From NCBI GenBank assembly GCA_040752415.1, contig JBFMGU010000308.1, positions 1 through 11,976 of the forward strand: 11,976 nucleotides of DNA. Reading direction: 5' to 3'. The DNA comes from Myxococcota bacterium. Its GTDB lineage: Bacteria > Myxococcota > JACRCW01. Of this stretch, positions 1 through 6,297 are shown piece by piece (position 1 is the stretch's first letter; each line of letters starts with the position of its first letter). The notes beneath the pieces are model-generated. The model was given only the letters and a program-made list of their open reading frames with translations. It made no database searches and was not told where the DNA came from. The position numbers and the translations under genes are program-made.

Positions 1-69
1 GCGCTGGTGGGCCTGGTGTTGGTGGCGCTGGCGGCGGGTACGCTGGGCGCGGGCGTCGGCGCGGGGTGA
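1..69 (+). CDS. 3' end of an upstream gene (partial) with a hydrophobic C-terminal helix ALVGLVLVALAAGTLGAGVGAG*
   Basis: Frame 1 is open from base 1 to TGA at 67-69 with nearly all codons ending in G/C. The stop overlaps the GAGGAG RBS of the next gene, suggesting an operon. Confidence 0.7.
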   Translation, partial: ALVGLVLVALAAGTLGAGVGAG

Positions 70-76
70 GGAGCGC

Positions 77-1753
77 ATGTCCAGGGTGATGCTCGCCGTG
101 GGTCTGCTGGTGCTGGGGCGCGCGCTGGCGTGTGCGACGCCGGAGAAGGTGTGCGAGAGCAACGAGGATTGCTTCGAGGGCACGGTGTGCCAGGCGGATG
201 GGCGCTGCCGCGAGAAGGCGGGCTCCACTCCCGGCGGCGCAGGCTCCACGTCCGCGACCTCCAGCACCGGCTCCACCTCGTCGGGAGGCACCAGCTCCTC
301 CTCCGGGGCGCTGACCTGCCAGCCCGCTGCCGCCGACCCCACGCTCACGACGGGAAATCCCGCGCTGGTGCGCTCCGCGGGTTATGGGCAGCCCACCGGC
401 TCGTCGGGGGAATGGGTGCACGCGCTGGCCACGCTCTCCGGTGGCGACGTGATCCTGGGTGGCCGCTATTACAACGGGCTGCAGCTGGGCGGATGCGTGC
501 TGGAGGACCCCAACGACGCCTACGAGCTCATGTTCCTGGCGCGGATGACGCCGGAGGGCACCTGCGTGTGGGCCCACGCGTTCCTGCCGCCCGCGGGAGG
601 GACCGGCCTGCAGAGCGCGGTGGAGGCCGTGGTCGTCGACGAGGCGGACGGCATCTACGTGGGCGCGCGCACCAACAGCGGCGGCCTGTTTGCCGGGCGG
701 GCGCTGGAGGACCAGGGCGCGGTGGGACTGGTCATGAAGCTGGACGCCACGGGCACCCCGCGCTGGCGCACCTTCGTGGGTGGCGACGAGGCGAGCCCGT
801 ACACCGAGCGGGTCATGGCGCTGGCGCTGGGAGGCGGTCGTCTCTACGCGCTGGCGGAGGTGCGGGGCGCGCTCACCAAGCCGGTGGCCCTGCTCAACCA
901 GCCCGGCGTGGATGACGACGTCAACGTGGCGCTGTTGGCGCTGGACCCGGCCAGCGGCGCGCACCAGGCCTCGGTGATGATCGCTGGTGAGCCCAACGTG
1001 TTCGGTCACGCGCTCGTCGCCACCGGGGAGGACCGGCTGATGGTGGTGGGCAGCGTCTCCGGGCTGGGCAATGACACCGAGGTGTGGGTGGGGAGCAGCA
1101 CGCTGGCGCTGGGCGGCGTGGCCACCAGCAAGCGCGTCTTCGTCACCACGCTGGACGCGGGTCTGCAGCAGGTGGCGGGCGCGGTGCTGTGGGGCCGGGA
1201 ATCCGACGCCACCGTGCGCGCGCTGGCCACCGACGAGGGCGTGTACCTGGCCGGCACGGCCGCGCAGTTCAACGCGGACATCTGCAACGTGCCCGCGCCC
1301 GCGCGCGAGGAGGCCTTCGTGATGCGGGTGGATCCTCCCCTCGCCGTGTCGTGGGTGCGCGTGGCCACCACCACCGAATCGCCCAGCTCGGAGTTCCACG
1401 GGAGCGTGGGCACCAGCCTGCACCGCGACGGGCTGGGCCGAATCTGGCTGGGCGCCTCGTTCTTTGGCGCATTCACCATGGGGGGTGGGGAGCTGGTCTC
1501 CAACGGCGTCGACAACGACGTGGCGCTGGTGGCGCTGGGGCCCTCCGGCGCGCACCTGGGGAGCTTCCAGATGGGCGGCTCGGGTGATGAGTCACCCCGT
1601 GCGCTCACCGGGGGCGTGGCCGCGGCGGGTGCGGAACGGATGTGGCTGGCCGGGAGCTACGACCGCGCCGTGGCGTTCCTGGGCGGCGACGTGCTAACCA
1701 ACAGCGACCCCGCCTACCCCAACATCTTCCTCGTGCACGTCGAGATTCCCTGA
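77..1753 (+). CDS. Secreted lipoprotein: Cys-rich N-terminal module, Ser/Thr/Gly linker, beta-propeller-like repeat domain (SBBP-like)
   Basis: RBS GAGGAG at 68-73. Signal peptide with lipobox ALA-C19 (TGT 131-133), then C-x5-C-x5-C-x5-C (CESNEDCFEGTVCQADGRC) and an S/T/G-rich linker. Repeated blade-like motifs follow (FLARMTPEGTCVW, VVVDEADGIYVG, VMKLDATGTPRW, LHRDGLGRIWLG, LVALGPSGAHL). Confidence 0.8.
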   Translation: MSRVMLAVGLLVLGRALACATPEKVCESNEDCFEGTVCQADGRCREKAGSTPGGAGSTSATSSTGSTSSGGTSSSSGALTCQPAAADPTLTTGNPALVRSAGYGQPTGSSGEWVHALATLSGGDVILGGRYYNGLQLGGCVLEDPNDAYELMFLARMTPEGTCVWAHAFLPPAGGTGLQSAVEAVVVDEADGIYVGARTNSGGLFAGRALEDQGAVGLVMKLDATGTPRWRTFVGGDEASPYTERVMALALGGGRLYALAEVRGALTKPVALLNQPGVDDDVNVALLALDPASGAHQASVMIAGEPNVFGHALVATGEDRLMVVGSVSGLGNDTEVWVGSSTLALGGVATSKRVFVTTLDAGLQQVAGAVLWGRESDATVRALATDEGVYLAGTAAQFNADICNVPAPAREEAFVMRVDPPLAVSWVRVATTTESPSSEFHGSVGTSLHRDGLGRIWLGASFFGAFTMGGGELVSNGVDNDVALVALGPSGAHLGSFQMGGSGDESPRALTGGVAAAGAERMWLAGSYDRAVAFLGGDVLTNSDPAYPNIFLVHVEIP

Positions 1754-1834
1754 TGGGCGGAAACCCGGACGGCGCACCGGCCTCCGGATCGTCGTCGTCC
1801 AGCGGAGGCATCCGCGCAACGCTATAAGCGCTCA

Positions 1835-1863
1835 GGGTTTCCACGGGGTTCCCGTGGGGACCC
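1835..1863 (+). other. Strong RNA hairpin (13-bp stem with 2 G-U pairs, 3-nt loop); possible terminator-like element or 5' leader stem
   Basis: GGGTTTCCACGGG-GTT-CCCGTGGGGACCC. The G-U pairs form only on the + strand RNA. There is no U-tract, and a -10-like TATAAG lies just upstream at 1823-1828. Confidence 0.5.
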
Positions 1864-2101
1864 GGTCCTCCGACGGGCAGGAGCGCCCGGAGCGGCAGAC
1901 CATCCATGATACCGGGAAGAGGTCACGTCGTGGCCCGCCAGGTGCGCGTGTGCGGCACGGGCGGGTGATGCGCCACGCCTCCGTCGGCACGACACCGGAT
2001 TCCCTCCTCAAAACCCACACCACCACCGTGCCTCGTGGGTGAGTCGCCTCGGGGCGCGGTGCCTTTTCGCGCTGCCGGTTCGCGGCGCGCAGGGAGCCAA
2101 C

Positions 2102-4237
2102 ATGAAACGCCATCACCTGCCCACCCTGGCGCTGCTCGCGCTGGGGAGCGCGGGCGCGCAGTGTCCGGTCATGCCGGGCGAGGACACCTTCCCGCCTCCG
2201 CAGACCGGGACCAGCGGCGCCGGCGTGGTCCGCGTCGACGGGACCGACCGGAGCTACCGCGTGATTCCCGAGGAGAGCCGTCTCCTCCTGCTGGTCCAGA
2301 AGAAGTCCGCGCGTGCCTGCACGTTCTTCCATGACCACGCCGTGGCGGCGCGCGCCGTGACGTACTCCTTCTCGCTGGACCGGCAGGCGCCCGGGAGCTC
2401 CACCCTCACGGCCCGGGTGGCGGCGGCGGGACTGGACCCGGATGAGGCCACCTCCCGCGACAGCTTCCCGGAAACCGCGGGCACGCGCATGTCCGAGCGC
2501 GACCGTCAGGACGTGCGCACCAACATGCTGGAGCAGCTGGACGCCGCGCACCACCCGGAGCTCACCTTCACCGCGCGCAACCTCACCACGCTGGAGGGCG
2601 CGGGCCAGGCCGAGGTGACCGCCGACATCAAGGGGCGCACCAGCGTGGTGCCGCTGCAGGGCGTGGCGCGCTGGGAGGGAGAGCGTCTCATCCTGGACGG
2701 CACCGCGTCCCTCGAGGGGACCCCGCATGACATCCCCAGCGGCACCTTCCAGGACTGCATCGAGCCGGGCATGGGCATGTTGCTGCACGTGGTGCTGGCC
2801 CCGGGCGAGGAGTCCCGTGGCGACGAGGTGGACGTGGTGCCGGACTTCCACCGCGAGTTCTTTCCTGGCCAGGCGGACTGCGGCGCGGTGGGATTCTCCG
2901 ACGTGGCGCGCACCTTCCTGGTCCGCTGCGGCGGATGCCACGCCGCCACCCCCACGCACGGCGCCACGGTGCCGCTCGTGACCTGGGAGGACTTCCACTA
3001 CGACACCCGCATGTCGCCCGGGCGCCCGCTCTACCTGGACGTGGCGGAGCGCATCCTGGACCCCGGCCCGCGGCGCATGCCTCCGCCCGACGCCACGCCA
3101 CTCACCTCCGACGAGGTGGCGCGCATCCTGGCGTGGGTGGCCAGCGGGGCGGAGCGTCGGGTGTGCGTGGCTCCCGGGGGGCCGGCCCCCGGTGGTGCGC
3201 TGCCCACGGTGCGCGCGGCGGCCCCGCGTCCGCCGGACGGCGGGAGCTCGTCGGGGAGCAGCTGCAGCCCGTTGGGATATGGCGACGTGCAACCCATCCT
3301 GGCCACGCACTGCGTCTCCTGCCATGCACGCGGCGGACCCGAGGTGGCGCTGGAGGATTACGAGGACGGCCTGCTGCACGTGACGCACGCGGCCTACCAG
3401 CCGCTCAACCGCTGGCAGGCTTCCCTGGCGCGCATGGAGGACCAGTCCATGCCCCCGTCAGCAGCCGGCGACGACGACGAGGAAGTCCCCAGGCCCACCG
3501 CTGCGGAGGTGGCGCGGATGCGCCGCTGGGTGGAGCTGGGCACCCCGCGGGAGGGCTGTGGCGACGGCGGTGTGGTCCTCCCCGACGAGCGGGACGCCGG
3601 TTCCCCCGCGCCGGGTGCTCCCGACGCCTCCCCGCCACCAACGCACCCCGACGCGGGCAGCACGCCCCTCCCCGACGCCGGGGGCGCTCCGGACGCCACG
3701 CCTCCCCGCGACGGCGGCATCCCCTCCGACGACGCCGGCCGCACGGAGGCGGGCACCACGACCCCGGACGCGGGCGCCCACGACGACGCGGGACCGCCGC
3801 CAACGCCGGACGCGGGGCCCCCGCTCAACACCTGCACTTCCGGTGAATACTGGACGCGCGGCGACCACGGCTCCTCGCAGATGCACCCCGGCGGGGACTG
3901 CATGGGATGCCACGCGCAGCGCGGGGATGGGCCACGCTTCACCGCGGCGGGCACGGTCATGGGCGCGCTCCACGACGAGACCGACTGCCTGGGGGTCCCC
4001 GAGCTGCAGGTGCGCATCACCGACGCGGAAGGCCACGTCCTGGAGCTCACCACCAACCAGAGCGGCAACTTCCGCACCTCCAGCGGGATCGCCATGCCGT
4101 ACACCGCGGAGGTGGTGGACGCGCGGGGCGCGGTGCGTCGGATGCAGACGCCGCAGTCCGACGGAAACTGCATGCGCTGTCACACCATGGAAGGTGCCCA
4201 CGGCGCCCCCGGTCGCATCATTCCGCCTCCGCCGTGA
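2102..4237 (+). CDS. Exported (probably lipid-anchored) YceI-like domain / tetraheme c-type cytochrome fusion protein, about 711 aa
   Basis: True start is most likely ATG 2102 (AGGGAG at 2091-2096, signal peptide MKRHHLPTLALLALGSAGAQC) rather than 2039. YceI-like segment at about 2255-2800 (YRVIPEESRL...HDH...NMLEQLDAAHHPELTF...IKGRT). CxxCH motifs: CGGCH 2927-2941, CVSCH 3311-3325, CMGCH 3899-3913, CMRCH 4169-4183. An MPP motif follows each of the first two. Confidence 0.85.
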   Translation: MKRHHLPTLALLALGSAGAQCPVMPGEDTFPPPQTGTSGAGVVRVDGTDRSYRVIPEESRLLLLVQKKSARACTFFHDHAVAARAVTYSFSLDRQAPGSSTLTARVAAAGLDPDEATSRDSFPETAGTRMSERDRQDVRTNMLEQLDAAHHPELTFTARNLTTLEGAGQAEVTADIKGRTSVVPLQGVARWEGERLILDGTASLEGTPHDIPSGTFQDCIEPGMGMLLHVVLAPGEESRGDEVDVVPDFHREFFPGQADCGAVGFSDVARTFLVRCGGCHAATPTHGATVPLVTWEDFHYDTRMSPGRPLYLDVAERILDPGPRRMPPPDATPLTSDEVARILAWVASGAERRVCVAPGGPAPGGALPTVRAAAPRPPDGGSSSGSSCSPLGYGDVQPILATHCVSCHARGGPEVALEDYEDGLLHVTHAAYQPLNRWQASLARMEDQSMPPSAAGDDDEEVPRPTAAEVARMRRWVELGTPREGCGDGGVVLPDERDAGSPAPGAPDASPPPTHPDAGSTPLPDAGGAPDATPPRDGGIPSDDAGRTEAGTTTPDAGAHDDAGPPPTPDAGPPLNTCTSGEYWTRGDHGSSQMHPGGDCMGCHAQRGDGPRFTAAGTVMGALHDETDCLGVPELQVRITDAEGHVLELTTNQSGNFRTSSGIAMPYTAEVVDARGAVRRMQTPQSDGNCMRCHTMEGAHGAPGRIIPPPP
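3581..3823 (+). repeat. Intragenic low-complexity (P)DAG repeat linker
   Basis: About 11 DAG/DAS/DAT/DGG/EAG units in a Pro/Thr-rich stretch (ERDAG..PDAS..PDAG..PDAG..PDAT..RDGG..DDAG..TEAG..PDAG..DDAG..PDAG). This linker style is common in myxobacterial exported proteins. Confidence 0.8.
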
Positions 4238-4341
4238 CGCGCGCCGGCGCCCCGTGCACCGTGGCCTGTCCGCGGGAGTGCCCCTGGACCCCTGCTGCAC
4301 CGCTCCTCTAGGTTGCTCCCGACGAAGGGGGCGGGGGCTCC

Positions 4342-6270
4342 ATGGGCGCGGGCGACGAGCGGACGGAGGAAGAGCGCGACCTCATGGTCCGCGAGGTGGA
4401 GCGCGTGGCCGGTATTGGCAGCTACGTGTGGGAGCCGGGTCGTCGCGTGCGGTGGTCCCCCGGCCTGTTCCTGCTCTTGGGTTATGAGCCGGGAAGCACC
4501 GAGCCTTCCGCCGAGTCGTTCTTTGCCCGCGTCCACCCCGACGACCGCGCGCGGGTGGTGGCGGCCTGGTCCAGCGCGCCCGTGGTGCAGCAGATCACGC
4601 CCATTGAGTACCGCATCGTCCGGCCCTCCGGGGAGGAGCGCTGGGTGCGCGGCAACGGCGTCTGGCAGCGGGATGAGCGCGGCGGCGTGGCGCGGTTTGC
4701 GGGCGTGCTCATTGACATCACCGAGCAGCGTCGGAGCGAGGCGCGCACCGTGTTGGCGTTGCGGCTCTTGCAGGAGTCGCAGCGGGTGGGCGGGATCGGC
4801 TCGTTCGTGGTGGACCTGGCCACCGGGGAGATCGACTGGTCGCCCGGCCTGCGCGTGCTCCAGGGCCTGCCCCCCGACGTCAAACCCTCCGCCGAGCTGG
4901 GCCGCAGCCTGATGCAGGAGCCGCACCGCTCCCGCAATGAGGCCTGGTTCCACCGCGCCGCCGCGGGGGAGGCGGTGCCGCCGCTGCACAGCCGCATGGT
5001 GGGCGCCGACGGGCGGGAGCGCATCATCGAGAGCCACGCCGCGAGGATCACGCTTGACGTGGATGGGCATCCCCGCGTCATTGGCACCGTCATTGACGTC
5101 AGCGAGCGGACCCGCCTGGAGGAGAAGCTGCGTGAGGCGGCCAAGGTGGAGGCGCTGGGCAACCTGGCGGCGGGCGTGGCCCACGACGTCAACAACTACC
5201 TCCTGGTCATCCACGGCAACCTGCAGCTGGCGGTGGAGCTGGAGGGCGCCGCGCAACAGGAGATGCTGGCCCAGGCCGCGCACGCCACGGAGCAATGCGC
5301 CCTGCTCACCCAGCGCCTGCTCGCGTTCGCCCGTCGTCAGCCGGCCAGCGCGCGCGTCACCGACCTGGTGGCCCTGGCCCGCGACACCGCCCGCCTGCTG
5401 CAGCGCGTGGTGGGACCGCACATCGAGGTGGTGCTGGAGGTGGAGGGCGGGGGGCACCACGTGCGGGCGGACCCCGGGCACCTGGAGAGCGCGGTGGTGA
5501 ACCTGGCGGTGAACGCGCGCGACGCCATGCCCCAGGGCGGGAGGCTCACCCTGCGCGTGCACGGTCACGACGTGGCGGAGGGCGGCCCGGTGCCCGCGGG
5601 GGGCTACGTGGCGCTGGCGGTGCGCGACACCGGCGCCGGCATTCCCCCCGAGCTGCTGCCGCGCATCTTCGACCCCTATTTCACCACCAAGGGCCCCGGG
5701 GAGGGCACCGGGCTGGGCCTGGCGTCGGTCTACGGGACGGTGCGCCAGAATGAGGGCCACGTGCTGGTGGACAGCGTGGTGGGGGCGGGAACCACGTTCA
5801 CCATCCTCCTGCCGCGCGTGGCCGCGGAGCCGGTCAGCAGGGACCTGCCCGCTCTCCCCGCCCCCTGCGCGGAGCGGGTGGCGGGCACGGTGCTGGTGGC
5901 GGAGGACGTGGACGCGGTGCGGAGCCTGACGGCGCGCATCCTGCGCCAGGCCGGCTACGTGGTGCGGGAGGCCGCCGACGGTGCCACCGCGTTGCGCCTG
6001 CTGGACCAGGGGCCCGGGGCGGTGGACGTGCTGCTCACCGACGTGCTCATGCCCGGCATGGATGGCGTGGCGCTGGCCCGGGAGGTCCGCGCGCGCGCCC
6101 CGGGGCTCCCGGTGGTGTTCATGACCGGCTACGCGGACCAGCGCCTCCCGGCGGACCCGGGCGGGCGCGGGAAGGCCGTCACCTTGCACAAGCCCTTCTC
6201 CCCCGCCGAGCTGCTGGCCGCGGTGGGCAGCGCCCTGGCGGCCTTGGGGGACGCACCAGCGCGCCCGTGA
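4342..6270 (+). CDS. Cytoplasmic hybrid sensor histidine kinase/response regulator (2x PAS, HisKA, HATPase_c, REC; CckA-like architecture)
   Basis: Two PAS_3-type repeats (GIGSYVWE..WSPGL and GIGSFVVD..WSPGL). H-box AHDVNNYL, N-box NLAVNARDAM, G1 DTGAGI, F/G2 FDPYFTTKGPGEGTGLGL. Receiver with VAEDV, LTDVLMPGMDG, FMTGY, HKPF. No TM helix is evident. Confidence 0.93.
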   Translation: MGAGDERTEEERDLMVREVERVAGIGSYVWEPGRRVRWSPGLFLLLGYEPGSTEPSAESFFARVHPDDRARVVAAWSSAPVVQQITPIEYRIVRPSGEERWVRGNGVWQRDERGGVARFAGVLIDITEQRRSEARTVLALRLLQESQRVGGIGSFVVDLATGEIDWSPGLRVLQGLPPDVKPSAELGRSLMQEPHRSRNEAWFHRAAAGEAVPPLHSRMVGADGRERIIESHAARITLDVDGHPRVIGTVIDVSERTRLEEKLREAAKVEALGNLAAGVAHDVNNYLLVIHGNLQLAVELEGAAQQEMLAQAAHATEQCALLTQRLLAFARRQPASARVTDLVALARDTARLLQRVVGPHIEVVLEVEGGGHHVRADPGHLESAVVNLAVNARDAMPQGGRLTLRVHGHDVAEGGPVPAGGYVALAVRDTGAGIPPELLPRIFDPYFTTKGPGEGTGLGLASVYGTVRQNEGHVLVDSVVGAGTTFTILLPRVAAEPVSRDLPALPAPCAERVAGTVLVAEDVDAVRSLTARILRQAGYVVREAADGATALRLLDQGPGAVDVLLTDVLMPGMDGVALAREVRARAPGLPVVFMTGYADQRLPADPGGRGKAVTLHKPFSPAELLAAVGSALAALGDAPARP

Positions 6271-6297
6271 CTTCGCCGGAGTTCGTGGCGCTTCGCC

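Noticed and set aside
1822..2042. Small ORFs in the intergenic region (plus-strand 1854-2042, and minus-strand ORFs after GAGGAGG near 2003-2009)
   Set aside because: The peptides are Arg/Pro-rich and featureless with unconvincing codon bias. They cannot be supported without conservation data.
2039..2101. Upstream GTG start for the cytochrome gene
   Set aside because: ATG 2102 has an RBS and begins a proper signal peptide, whereas the extension would bury it.
1832..3388. 518-aa minus-strand ORF, and similar long antisense/alternate-frame ORFs (4180-6189, 7003-8685, 3458-4300, 2935-3846)
   Set aside because: Shadow ORFs of real high-GC genes. They are Arg/Ala/Gly/His-rich, lack motifs and largely overlap well-supported CDSs.
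3581..3823. Recurrent CCCGACGC-like DNA repeats as a CRISPR array or mobile repeat
   Set aside because: They are short, degenerate, irregularly spaced and in frame. They simply encode the PDAG linker.
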